Shown one piece after another: positions 46,262-59,452 of a DNA stretch of 64,000 nucleotides. A program made the position numbers and the translations under genes. This DNA is from Squalus acanthias. Lineage: Eukaryota. The first letter of the stretch is position 1; each line of letters begins with the position of its first letter. The stretch is taken from NCBI GenBank assembly GCA_030390025.1, contig CM059446.1:51398001-51462000 (forward strand). Reading direction: 5' to 3'. The notes under the pieces were generated by a model. That model saw nothing but the letters and a program-made list of their open reading frames with translations, did not search any database and was not told the DNA's origin.

Positions 46262-48105
46262 TGTGGCCCTTAGTAGATGCGTTTGCCTATATACTAAGTA
46301 GAAGTCGATGTACCCGAGTTCATACCAAAGGCTACAAATACCGGCTACCTTTAAGGGGCTATACAATGATATGTAACATCTCCCTTTGCTCTGTCTGATT
46401 CAGGTGACTTTCATCTGTGGCTTTAATTATAAGATGGTCTAACACTATTACATTCACAAGTGTAGTTTTAAAAATCTAATTTTTTTGTTTATTTCGATGA
46501 TAATTGGATTGACATTTGGAGTTGCCTAATGTTTTAATACCCCACATTCAGCCTGCTTCCAAGAGCTCCACAGCCCTGAGTCTGAACCCAACACATCAGC
46601 TGTTTCTAACTTTGGATGGTGTTACTTTTTAGTAAAGGAGCTGATGGAGCAAGGAGTAGGAGAGAAAGGAATAGGAGAATGAAAAGAATACAAAGAGGGA
46701 AAGATGGAACATAAGCAGCCGTTTCAATACTTGTATTTATGAAGCTTAAGGCGTTTCATTGATACGGATTCCGAGCAGGATTTTTTCTGTAAAAGTGTAG
46801 AACGACACCTTGTCATTTTTTCTAGTTTTGTCCAATACCCACTTACAAGTGAGGTTAACTTCTTGGAGCTTCTTAGTGAGGATCCAGACCATGATATCCG
46901 CTATTTAACCAGCTATTCGCCAATACCAAGCTTTTGCTAGGGGCAGTTGCTTGGACACCTCAATAAATTCTACAGCTTCCTTAATTGTTCGAGCCGATAA
47001 GAGTTAATTTAGTCACCTCTGGTGGTTTTAGCCGCGGTTGGCATCGCACGGTGTGAACAATGGTCTCTCACTTACACCAAATTGTGAAATGATAGGGGTG
47101 AAAAGTTCACCATAACAAACTTAAGATCAACCAGTTTAACAATACATGCATCAAACTCCAGGGCAGGGAACTCGAATCTTACACTATTTTACAGCGAATT
47201 TTAACTTAACTTAACATCGACAATTTATTACTGAGTCTGGTTTGGGGAAACTCCCTCAAACTAAATATCCTGGAGAGTGCAACTTCACACACTTTATATA
47301 TCTGCCCATACAAATTAAACTTTCCCAATCACAACCCATTGCCTTGCAAGGGAAGCAACTCGAACACCAGGAAAGGATAAATATGAATAAAGTATAATAC
47401 AAATTTATTGAAAAAGATCTCATGTGGAAAGAGGAATAGAATAAAAGCTAGTTGTAAATCTAAACGATCTGCGAATCGACTTAGTCGCGAAAATATTCCC
47501 AGAATTAGAGCCACGTTGTGAAAGTTCCCACCCCCCCCCCCCCCACCCCACACCCCCAAACAGAAGTTATTTTTTAACCTGAAGGTGCCGCCCGCCTTAC
47601 TGAGACCTTGGTCACCGTCTCCGACACTTATTCTATTTTTGTTCGATTCATGTCAACATGAAAGGCTGCAATAATATGATGACTCACATCAAAATACTGG
47701 AGTCAAGTAAGGTTTCATTTTACAAATAGCAACTCTAATCAGTTGATACAATTTACTGTGGAACTGTTCAATTATTTTCATTTTAGTCCTTTCTTACCGC
47801 ACCTGTACCCTGTCTGAACAGCAATCAAATCAGAATACTTTAAAATTATCTTGGTGATTCTTTGAGTCATATATAAATGCATAAAATTAACCATTTGACT
47901 GTATACCACCATATGTAATTATACATACTTGCTTTATATATCTATATGCAGTCTTTTATGACCATATACGAATATATAATTTTTCATAATTATCATACAT
48001 AGAAATGTCAATATATGGACATAAAGAAATAAACCATATTTTCCATATGATTGTCATATATGATTATATATCTAAAGGTACATACAGGGTTTTTTTACAG
48101 GGCGT

Positions 48106-48146
48106 AGAACAGCCCATGTACACCCAGACCACACTGCACAACACAG
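48106..48146 (+). repeat. Orphan minisatellite unit
   Basis: AGAACAGCCCATGTACACCCAGACCACACTGCACAACACAG. Confidence 0.9.
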
Positions 48147-48764
48147 GTGTAAAGTATTTAAATATTCCTGGCTTCTCACCAAATGTCATAAATACATGAA
48201 TAGATAGTTATTTAATCACAGGCTCCTCCTCGGGTTCAGTTACAGCAAACGCCAGCACCCAGGATCGAAGAACAACCCAGGCAAAGGGGTCACTGCGGTC
48301 CGAGGTTGTCTGTTCTGTAACGCACTGCCAATAACCCCACATTTAATTCGGGGTCTGGTTAACAAAGTTTCCTTCATGAGGTAAAGGCCAGAGATTTGAT
48401 CGATTTTAAACGGGGCTGAGGGATGGTTGGAGAGAAAAGGAGGAATGGAGCACAAGGATTAACATCTGCCTATGAGATGAATCCAGATTTAATATTTCGT
48501 TGAGGTCTCAACCAGATGAAGGCAGAAATGACACGTGTGGAAAAAGATCGTGTTTACAAAACTAATACAATGTGTTTGAAAGTGTGAGGGAGGGTGACAC
48601 GTGCAGCCAGCTCTAGAACACTAGGAGCACTGTAAGTTTTCGCCAACTTTATGCCATTTCCTTAAACATCGAGGGTGAACACGTCAAAACACGTAATTGC
48701 AACGGGAAACTGGGCCATTGGACGAATTCCACTGCACAGCAACGGCCTTTGTTAAGGAGATGAA

Positions 48765-49141
48765 CATCTCTCGCATTCCCGATTTTAATTGCTCCACCAT
48801 TGGCGGCCGTGCCTTCAGCTGCCTGGGCCCTAAGCTGTGGAATTCCCTCCCTAAACCTCTCCGCCTCTCTACCTCTCTTTCCTCCTTTAAGACTCTCCTT
48901 AAAACCTACCTCTTTGACCAAGCTTTTGCTCACCTGTCCTAATATCTCCTTATATGGTTCGGTGTCAAATTATGTTTGTTAACACTCCTGTGAATCGCCT
49001 ACTTCAAGTTGCTGTATAAATAGGAAGAGAGGAACAGGGGGTAGGCTATTCAGCCCCTTGAGCTTGTCCCGCCATTCGATGAGGTCATGGCTGATCTGTA
49101 TCTTAACTCGATTCACCTGCCTCGGCAAGTTGTTGTTGTTG
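48765..49141 (+). mobile_element. L2 3' end with antisense CR1 tail inserted at ~49022-49124
   Basis: STIGGRAFSCLGPKLWNSLPKPLRLSTSLSSFKTLLKTYLFDQAF; tail GCAAGTTGTTGTTGTTG resumes after the insertion. Confidence 0.9.
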
Positions 49142-49149
49142 CATGATAT

Positions 49150-49410
49150 TTAAGGGCATAGAGAAAGTAAATCGAGCACAATCCTTACGGACACACCAGG
49201 GCAGGAGATGCAGGGGTCAGGGTTGTGATGGGCAAGTTTAGGACAGACACCAGGAAGCATTTCTTTACGGATGATGATCTGGAACCGGTTGCCAGGAAGG
49301 GTGGTGAAAGGCAGAACATGGAGCCATTTAGCAAACAGCTGGATGCAGTAATGGCAGGATGGTAGGGTTGGTACACAGGAGACCAAATGGGCTGAAGGGC
49401 CGTCTTCATT
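49150..49410 (+). mobile_element. Old CR1 3' fragment
   Basis: GGAAGCATTTCTTTACG..TGGAACCGGTTGCCAGGAAGGGTGGTG; ATGGGCTGAAGGGCC. Confidence 0.7.
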
Positions 49411-49799
49411 TAAACCCGAGTGATCAAACTTCAGAGCAATGTTAAAGTTCCCCTCCAGTGTGTTGGCTTAACCGGGTTTGAAATTTATAATTAAATTGAC
49501 ATTAACTGTAACTATTTTATTTATGTTGATATTTATTCACCCCGAGCACATGCATTTCGCTGGTTGATTTCGAGTGTATTTCGGAACCGGCGAATTTGAA
49601 TATCCGACAGACACACACTTATTGTGGGAAAAAAATGGAAATCGGTTCTTTTCCGCCTGAATTTTCTTTGAATCCAGTTTCGGTTGATAAGGACGTGGAG
49701 GCTGGAAAGTTTTTCTAAGTAACGCACGGGGCTTTTGAGAAACAACAAAAAAAAAACCAGCAGACTACAAAGACCTTTTTATTTAAATTTGTTTTGAAT

Positions 49800-49920
49800 T
49801 TAGCGGATTTGCATGAAAACTGCATGAAATGACCTCATCGGCAGCTGCCATTAGCTGTTTAATTAACTATCGAATGGCAGGAGGAGACGGAGGACGTGCT
49901 TGGAATCCCATTAGCGCTTC
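49800..49920. promoter_or_regulatory. Candidate enhancer/CNE
   Basis: ATTTGCAT octamer (49807), TGACCT, CAGCTG and TTAATTAA packed within about 60 bp. Confidence 0.4.
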
Positions 49921-49923
49921 TTT

Positions 49924-49979
49924 CACACACACACACACACACACAGAAAGAGTGTGTGTGAGAGAGAGAGAGAGAGAGA
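49924..49979. repeat. (CA)n-(GT)n-(GA)n microsatellite
   Basis: Direct inspection. Confidence 0.9.
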
Positions 49980-51654
49980 AGCACCAACCAGTTACACACA
50001 GATATAACACCCTCACAGACCAGAGAGAGAACCTGGAGACTTTCAATAAACCTACCGACACAAGGACATTTCACTCCCTCCTTTAAGACTGAGACTCATC
50101 CACTTCACAAAAAATCTGACGTTTTCTCTTGAAGTTGTCCACTTTTAAATGAAACTCCAAAACATTTAAATATGTTCTGCTCTGCGGAAAAGTTCTCCAA
50201 AGGTGCTAAATCTCTTTATGCATCAGAACCCCTCCTCTCAATGTTGGTCCTGGCAGAAAAAAAAAATCTGTTCATTTAAAAAAAATAACTCTACACCGCA
50301 GTTGGGAAAAAAAAGTGTCCCCGCTCCACTTGTGTCTGCCACGCCTGTTAAGTCTGGGGAGACAACTATTTGAATAGAGGTTATTTGGGGTCAACCAGCG
50401 AGGTTAAAGCTGTAGTCTTGTTTCAGTGCTCTTTTAAAACAGCTGTGTTTGCTGGATTGGTTTGTCTGTCTGGTTTTAACACTTTAAATATTTTAAAAAA
50501 CCATAAAATTATCGGGGGAGGGCGGGAGAGTCTGAAAGTGCATTCAAACAATCAATCATAGAAACGTATAGAACAGAAGGAGACCATTCGGCCCATCGTG
50601 CCTGTGCCGGCTCTTTGAAAGAGCTCATTTGTTTCCCACTATTCTGTGCAGTAATGTTAAATCCCAATGTATTGCTCATACTGTATATATTTAATTACCT
50701 GGACTATTCTAGCTGCAAATTTCAATATAGGTTACACTTTTTGCAGCTTCAATTTCATCCAATTTATGTTTTCCGGGCAGATCTTGCGACCTAGCTCCCT
50801 AACCACAAATTAAATTAGCAGCCTACGATAGTTAATACAGCACATGTTTTCCTTGCAATTAATCCTAGATCGAAAGAAATATGATCACACGCACTAATAT
50901 TTCAACCTGAATATGCTTCTGAGCAGCAGGTGCCGCGTTGAAGCAGGTCTGTTGTCTTAACAAGGTGTTTGGTACATTTGTTTTAGATTGAATTGTGGCG
51001 AGTTTGAAGCGGAATGGACAGCCAAGTTCAAGTGCATGTTCGTGGGCTTTATTGAGAGCTCTGCTCGCTCCCGTCTCGGGCCTTTTGTCCGCCCCAACAA
51101 TTGCTCTTTATTCCTACCCTGTACTTGGCACTGCCTGGGCGCCCGTGCATCAAACTTAAACCGCACTGTTGTGGTTTTGGGACTCAAATTATCCTCTAGT
51201 CGAAATTTCTGCCATAATCATACATGTACTCCCATTTCAGCCTGATTGGCACCGAGTCATAAGGAAAAGACTCAACACATGGTAGCAATACAGTGCCGGG
51301 ATGCGGTTTTTTTTTTAAAAAGAGGGGTGGGTGGGGGAGAGTTTGGTAACTTTTCAGTATCAGCAGAGACGAAAGGTCTTTAAACTTGAACAACTTTGGC
51401 TTGTTTGCAATGGGATGAAAGCGAATCCTAGAGGGAACTGCATTCAGACCCTGAATACAAGGTAAGGAATGTCTATGTATATGTTAAGGCTACTTACTTT
51501 TTTTGGAGGGGCGGGGGGGGGGGGGGGTGGTGGGGGCGGTGTTGGGGTCAGAGATATTGCTGCTGGTGTGGACATTGAGAAGTCGAGCTCTAAATGGCTA
51601 TGTTGTGGAATGTTGGTGCTTGCTGGCATTTGAGAGGGAAGGAAAGGCATGTCC

Positions 51655-52030
51655 AATTTTTGCATAAATCAGAGGTCATTGGCGGTTGCTATTTGGGTAG
51701 TGACACCGTTTGACCCGACACAAACCTCTAGAGCTAGGACTATTAGCTGGTCTCACAATGAGGTTGCCTCTGACACAATGCCTGAGCTGAATTGCTAACC
51801 TTCCGGAGCAATGTCACCTCAGCCAGCCGTCCCCTCACTTCGAACACGGACTTGTTAAGCAGTGTCATTGCTGAATCGAACGATAATCCGTTTAATCGAT
51901 TATTATTAACCCTACAGGGTTTTTTAATGGACCCAGGGCAAGGTTCACCAGACGAGTCCATACATAAATCACAATGGACAGTGCCGGGAGGGGGTGACAT
52001 TTAAACTTGTTTAAAGCAGCATTAATGTAT
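51655..52030. promoter_or_regulatory. Candidate enhancer/CNE
   Basis: Two CATAAATCA (PBX-HOX TGATTTAT) sites, AGGTCA, three ACAATG SOX sites, TAATCC and ATCGAT motifs. Confidence 0.45.
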
Positions 52031-55000
52031 TTCCTTGACCCGTGACTTAAAATAGAAATATCACCTTTAGAAAAATGTTGCCATTTCTCTATTTATTTCC
52101 AGATTAATAGTCCTTTGTCTTCAACTGAAAACTCGGACTGAACCACACAAATCTGCTAATTTCTGATGTAATAATTGAATGGAAAATGATTATAGGTAAC
52201 CTGGAAGATGCATCATCTAATGTATCTCACGGTCAGTTTGGTAGAACATGCACTACCCTAGATATTTTGCAATAAATTAAATTATATTGAGAGTAGTTTT
52301 CTCCGACGCACAATAGGTCATTACTGAGCTATCTCCAGTTGCCATATTTAAAAATATATATTCTCTTAAATTTAAGTACAAAGTTATGAGAGATTTTACA
52401 CAGGGTTAGGGTTAGGGTATTGATCTGTATTGATAAACTGGTCATTCATAATAAGTTCCCCGGGCAGCTCCGCCATACAATTTGGGCTTTGACTCTGTCA
52501 ACAGATTAATTAGTTATATAGCAGTGGGCAGAGATTAAACACCGGCTAGGGGTCCAGGGTAGCTCGTGTTATTTTAAAGGTCACGGTTACTGAATGGAGT
52601 TATCCTACCAACAGCTTTACACGTCAGGGATGTTAGATGGCTTAGTTGTACCGGAAATGGATTGAAAGCCTTGGGTTTATTTTGTGTTCATTTAGTGGTG
52701 TTTCCTGGAGTAACCAACCCGCAAAGAGGTCAGCCCGCCCCACACTCTGACCATCAAGTGTTTCACGGGCCAAATCTAACCTTGGCGTTTTTGCAATTGC
52801 CTAGAAAAAGAAATGAAAAGCACGTTTAGGCAGAAGGACTTGTGTAGATTGATTTTGTGCAGGGTCCAGAGAAATAAAAATGGGAGATTTTTTAGCTTCT
52901 TCGCCTGAATTGCTAAATGACCTGAGGCAAATTACTTCAATTCAGTTTGCACGTGTGGAGTTTATTTTTGACCTAAGCTATGCATGTTAATACATCAATA
53001 ATACAATGCATCGATGCAGACGTGTTGCGTTATTTTGGTATCGTTTATTTGCATAACCGAATTGGAGAGATGCTGCAATCCGACTAGTTGCGTGAGGAAC
53101 AGGGAATGTGTGTTGCGAGTGAATGGAGTGGAAGGAGAGAATAGATAGAATCAGAGCTACTCGGATCATGAGCTTGTGATGAATTCCCACCACTGCCGTT
53201 ATAGCTGAGGGGCAGACTCCAAAAATGGCTTGTGAAGCCCATATACTTTTACGAGTAACTCGGCGAATGACGGCGTTTCCTGTGAGATACTGACTGGGCA
53301 GTGAATGTACCGGATTGGTTGAGTCGGGTCTGATCCACGAGTTTCTGGATACGGCGCTTGGCTTGTTTGCTGGTTGATGTCAGGCAGGAGGAACGCGACG
53401 CCGAGTTGCAATTGGGATGTCGTCGACCCCCAAGGGCAGGCGGAAGGGGGCTGCTTATTTTTCAGCCAGCCATTTTGTATTACGGTGCAGTTTTCAGTCT
53501 CAAGCTCCCAATTCAGCCGAAGAAGATTCTTAAACGCAGCCATAAAGTTGTGAATGTACCAAACTGAAACAGGCGCACAATCGTTTGCGCAATGGAATGA
53601 ATGAATGAATGAATGTGGTGTTTGTAAACGCGGTTTGGCGTTTTCTGCATCAAATCTCATTGCTAGAATATTTTTCGTCTAGATATCAAATAATGTAATA
53701 AAATAAATCACGGTGTCTGTGTCTCTGAGCTAGGCTGTAATACTAAAATCATCGCCCAATCTCCAAATCCGACCAAAGATTCGGAAATTCGATTGTAACT
53801 GACGCCCAGGTCAATTTCAGACAGGTACCTGGCGGAGTTGCATTTTGCTCCCCATTTTTTTTCTTATTATTTACACCCTTTTAATCACATTCTTGGGGAT
53901 TCGCCTTATTGTAATATTTACGTGACCGGAATATTCAAAGCCCACCCCAGGAACATGGCGCTGCGGAATCGGAGCTGCCAGGTTCTGAGAATCAGCATAA
54001 AGATACCAGTGCCAATAAATAAACCGGGATATCGATTCAATACTTTACAGAATCGATAAATGCTTCCAAAATGTTTTTAATACAACAAGAAAATTCAGTG
54101 GCGGATGGGTCATTGTTTCTTTTTAAACGCCCATTCCCCACCCAATAATAAGCTGTTCTTTGTGTGAAATTATTCAGTAAATGGTAATTGATCCTAAACC
54201 GCCCCCATTGCTCCTGAACCCCTGGATCAGGGCGATCTGGTTATTGAGGACTATTGTCAGAACTGATATCCTGTTAATTATACTTCAGGATCACGATGAG
54301 TTTCATATTAGAGGTACAGTAAGGGAATTCACTCCATCAAGGCAAACCAGACATCCCATTTGCCCCCAAATTTCGCATGATTCATTTAAATTAAATTAAG
54401 TGATAGGATATTTATAAAACTGGCAGGGAACACGCGTTGGGCTGCCCACCATCTATAACAGGTTCTAGTGTGGCTGTGTAACCTGGATTGGGAGAGAGAG
54501 AAAAAACAGAGGAAGTTATTCTGAATGTTGGCGCAATTTGAAGACTTGACAGGATAAATGGATTTGCGCTGGGTTTTTTTGGCGAGAAAGGCGTGGTTCT
54601 GAATAAAATCCGGGTGGGAACTAATTGCCACGAAGTCTTAGTCCTTACGGCAGGGTTGGGTAACATTTGTCCCACCCTGCTACTTTCAGTTTTACTCGCC
54701 TTTAGCTACTTTGTCACAATCTGGCACGTGATCATTATATTTGCCTAAAACAGGATACAATTTTTTTTATGGTTTGTAAATCTGTCAATATCAAGAAGCT
54801 GACAATTCGGATTTAAACTTTCGTGGCCTTTTCAGGCTTAAATATTACTTTCTCATTTTAAAATCTGAACTGTGCTTACTACCAAAGTGGGAGCATCGAA
54901 GATTAGGACTGGGGGCGGCACCCAGAAGAAAGTAGAAACAGGAATATTTCACCCCAAACAGGAATGGTTAAAATTTTGAATGCCTTTCGGTGATGGTCAT

Positions 55001-56034
55001 TGTGCCAGGACTAAAAAACTGAACCAGCAGTAATTTATATGTAGTAATGAGAACTTGGGATACAAATCCCACCAATCTGAATCCGGTGAAACTGACATTA
55101 ATGGTAAAATGTACCAAAGGGAGGAATATCTGTCCAGTCCCGCCATATTATATCAATATTAAAGGCGTAACCCATTATTCACATAAGGGGTTCGTGTTGA
55201 TTTGATCTAAAGTTCCATTCTCTGATCACTGTTTACGAATTTTAGAACGTTCCATGCAGCCACATTACTTCTAATCTGTTAGCTGACCAGATAAGGCATC
55301 TACACTGCAATGGGGCATACCTGACCACTGTAACTGGAGTTTAAATAATCTACAGGTAAAACTACAGCATTCGGGAAGAATGAATGAACTCAATAAACAA
55401 AGGAGGAAATGAGATTTGATCCCATGCTCCCCTTTCTGTTCCCTTCTAAAAAAAAATTACCAACTAAATTTTGAAGGTTCTCATCGCTCTCAGCAACATC
55501 GCTGCCATAACACTATGAGGCAAATAAGTAGAGACGAGAATAATGAAATGTTTTAAATGATCCTAGATTAGACATTGAGTTCCTCCATCCTACAGACTAA
55601 AAACTTTGGCACCACCGAACCAATAGGCTTGCCTATTTTTTTCAACCTTGGTGCCCTGGTCCTGATTATTCACCTGGAATTTTCAATAATCAAAAGGGTA
55701 TTAACATTTGAAGGCCTAAAATGTATTAATTTTCTTGGCAGTTCCGAATTTAATTAGGACTATAGAATAATATATTTATAAATTTCGAAAGCTCTGCTAC
55801 TAAAGAAAGATCTATATTCTCTTGCTAAATAAGTCATACTTTAAATCTACAACATTATTGTCTAACTTGTGCTGGGGCAATGAACAGTATAAAAGGTGCA
55901 AAGGACGCAAATTCCATCCAGTTCATTTTCCTGGTGATTTGTAGGAATCTGTGTTTCTCCTCTCATGAGATCATGACGAATAATCAGTTATTATAAAACT
56001 GGAGAGAAACGAGAATACGGATTAGTTGAGGTAT

Positions 56035-56235
56035 AAAGAAATGCTGAAAATCTGAATTAAAAACAGAAAAAAATCCGGAAATAGGCAGCAGGCAAACCAA
56101 CTTTTGAAAGAGTTAAAAGCAGGTTAAGGTTTCAGGTTGAAGGGCACTCCCTGCTGAAACATTAACCTGCCTTTTCTCTTTCAGATGCTGATCTGACCCA
56201 TTGGCTAGTCCAGCAGTTATTTTTTGTTCTGTTTT
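56035..56235. mobile_element. Degenerate palindromic Penelope-derived element
   Basis: GCAGGTTAAGGTTTCAG / CTGAAACATTAACCTGC inverted arms; homology to 7812-7910. Confidence 0.6.
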
Positions 56236-56664
56236 ACTGGAAGTCCTGAACCCGTTGTTTCCTTTCAATGAGGGAAACTGCCATTACGGTGCCGAAAGGG
56301 TTAAGGGGCATGCAATATGGTGAAAACGCGTTGAGGTAGAAACAGTTTCGATAGTGTAAAACCTGGGCCACAGGAAGGGACAGTACAGCTTTAAGCCTAT
56401 TCTACAACTGCTGCATAAACGCACAGCACAGAACAAAAAATGCGGTGCAAAATTCGACTAAAATCACTTTGCGTTCCAAACAATTTTTTTTTAAATTCCC
56501 TTTCAATACTGATCTGCTACATGGGTAATTTGATTGGATTCTTATCCTATCACTGCAAATTTACCAGTTTTTTTTAAAACCCAGATTGTTGGGGAGGGGA
56601 TTTCTCTCCTGGTTTATATGCTTTGATAGGGGTTCGGAAAGGCACGGTGTACGTGTGCGCTAAG

Positions 56665-57285
56665 TAAGGGAGCTCCATTAACAGCCAGTGCTGCGTGTTC
56701 GGCTGCAGTCATTGTGCCTGAGCTAATGCACCTGCTAGTCTGATTACATTTGAGCACTGTGTACAGTAACTCAATAGCGTTCCCCACAATGCTGTCTTTA
56801 GATCAGCACAATCCTCCTTTTTCTAGGCACTTAGGCCCATGTTCTTCAAAGCAAATTGCCTTTTCTATAACCCATTTACAACCAATTGCACACACATCTG
56901 TTTTCCCCCCTTGAAAAAAGCTCTTTATACAGCCCGATCTGTAAACCTAGCACCTTGTCTCCTCTCATTTAACTCGTTGTCCAATTTATAATAAACAGAT
57001 ATTAGAACGTTCTAAGTCAGTTTCACAAAAGAAAGTGATTTATTTTCAGTGTCCATGAATCAGTTTATAAGGGTGTTGGTTATTATTGTGATGTCAATAA
57101 CGTAACGATTCATTGGTGGCTGTTTGTATATAAAATATCAAAACGTCAATATTTAATGCACTTGAAGCAGTTTGCATTAATTTTCCACATTTTTGGTGAG
57201 GCTACTACCTTAATTTCTCCCCTCTATTTAATGCGATTAGTGTCTGATTTACATCGTCTAAGGCTGCGCCAATCAGTTGTATTGA
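56665..57285. promoter_or_regulatory. Candidate CNE cluster
   Basis: SOX (CATTGT, ACAATG), TAAT and TGATTTAC motifs in unique sequence. Confidence 0.3.
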
Positions 57286-58611
57286 AAACACCTTAAGCAT
57301 TTTGAGTCCATAGTCTCCTTGTGTAGGGCCCAGATTAACATCTTGCCTCGGTCTGTGACAGAACTAGTTATTAACAGCACTTCTCTTATCGTCTGCATTT
57401 CTTTGCAGTTAACCTCTTGGATATATCTTAATAGAAGATTATTAATACACGAGCTTTCCAATGTTTGTGAATGCAATATTGCAGATTCATAATTTGGCGA
57501 GGAGGTGGCTTATCACGATCGCCATGCAACAGAATGTTCCAGAATCACTGACTTTTTCAGTTTTACTTTCTATTTTTTTTTTTTTGCTCTCTGAATCCGG
57601 AGCCTGTAGTATCCAGGCCTTTGCTCCTGGCATTGACAGATTTCCACCATCTGCAATCTTATCCCACACAAAGTTATTCAAGGAATGATGCGAGAAAATG
57701 ACAGCCCGAATTGACAATGTGTGATTAAAATAAGCTGCATTTGGACAGTTTTTAACATCCAAATGGATGACTCAAACACATAAACCTATGTTCAGACTAG
57801 TAAAATAGAAGATTAGTCCCAGCGTGCTGCTAAAAGATGTATTAGGATAACTAAAATACTGGGGCATTCAGATTATTATATTGCAATCCCACTTTCAGAG
57901 ATGCGTACAGCAATTCGAGTACTTTCCAATTTATAGTTTGCTTTTGCCTTTAATAATAAACAAACGGTCACATTATCCCATTAACTTTTGTGAGTTGTAT
58001 AAACTGACTTAATTTATTTTGATAAATGCAAATTATATATTGGAAATTATAATAACGGGAGCACTTTCTTAATATAATTAGCTTCAATTATCACAGAACT
58101 CGATTTCTTCAAATAAATTGTTTGCTTTTGAAAGAGGCAGGGTCTTCAGTGAAACGACGGCACAGCAAACACGCGAATTAATATCAAATTTATATTAAAG
58201 TCCAGGTGTTCCAAATTTCAATGGACGGGACATTAACGAAATAACTGGTTGCGACCGAAATGGAAAAGCGCAGGCTTGGAATATGCGTCTTACGAATTTG
58301 CTTAAATATTGGTGGAAGAAAGTGAGATTCGGTAACTGTACCAATCGGAGAACTAATTTCGCGAGTTATACCGTTTTCAAGGCTCGCAATATCATGGCAG
58401 CAAGGATATCCCACTTGCACAGCAGCCAAGCGACTGTGCATCCAATTTAAATGGTATCTGGGTTCTAATATAATTTAATTTCTGAAATCAAAAGAATACT
58501 CTGCAGTGGAAGGAAATTATACCCTGTCTGTTTTGAGAAACCTGGGTGAAGGAACAAGACCTATAGCACAGGACATAGCCAACACCGAAAAGAGTACAAA
58601 AGATGATCTGA

Positions 58612-58730
58612 TATGTTGAGAGGGTGGGATGAAGTAAGGTGGGCGGAGGCTGGTGTGGAGCATAAACACCCGCAGTGACCGGTTGGGCCGAATGGCCTGT
58701 TTCTGTGCTGTAAATACTCTGTAACTGTGT
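58612..58730 (+). mobile_element. CR1 3' UTR tail
   Basis: GTGTGGAGCATAAACACC..GGCCGAATGGCCTGTTTCTGTGCTGTA matches 18740-18790. Confidence 0.75.
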
Positions 58731-59452
58731 AATTAGATAAATGAATGCAGTCGTGGTTAGATGACACCAGCCAATAGATTGAGGGAGGCAAGGAGTTCCA
58801 GTCTGAGGTCGTTGCAAATAATAACAATAATACCAATAATAACAGGTACAGTAAGATAAAGAGGAAAATTGGCAGACGAGCCAAAAATGTGAGGAGAGGA
58901 AAGATTGAGAAGAGGGTATTAAGTTCAGAGAAGTGATTGAGAATGCAACAAATGGATATAGTGATCAGAAAAGTAAAAATGGTCTGTCAATCACCTCCAG
59001 ACAGTAGAATCTTTGTAGGATTCAGCAGTGTTTAGGTGAGGTGGCAGTATGACTATCTTAGGAGATCCAATAAGGTCTACCACCTATTAAACAACAACAT
59101 TTTAAAAATGGGATCTACACACCAACATTTTAATGCTTTGTTAATAAGTTCGACCTTACAGAGAGGTTTGAAGTAAATAAACCATTTTTGCCTGGGCAAT
59201 GAGCATGGGAGAGGGCACATGTACAAAATTTACAAGCCCTTGAGCAACGTTAGAGATTATCTTTTTAAAAAAGACATGTGGAACATACACTCTGAGAAAG
59301 CAATTGATTTTTGGGATCAATCGACTGATTCTAAAATGAATTGGATCAATATGTGTTGATAAAGGAGATTGAGGGCTAGAAAAATATTATCAGTGCTGCT
59401 TGATTTTTCTTTTCACGAGAGAAGGAAAGGGAAATCCATGATGAGATTCAAG

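Noticed and set aside
45491-46366. Long overlapping ORFs on both strands (100-195 aa)
   Set aside because: Produced by a stop-poor minisatellite; the 44-bp unit is not a multiple of three and the same peptides cycle through all frames.
51364-51392. Additional hammerhead (GACGAAAGGTCTTTAAACTTGAA)
   Set aside because: The CUGA core and stems I and III are missing; at most a decayed remnant.
52403-52418. Interstitial telomeric repeat AGGGTTAGGGTTAGGG
   Set aside because: Under three units; compatible with chance or slippage.
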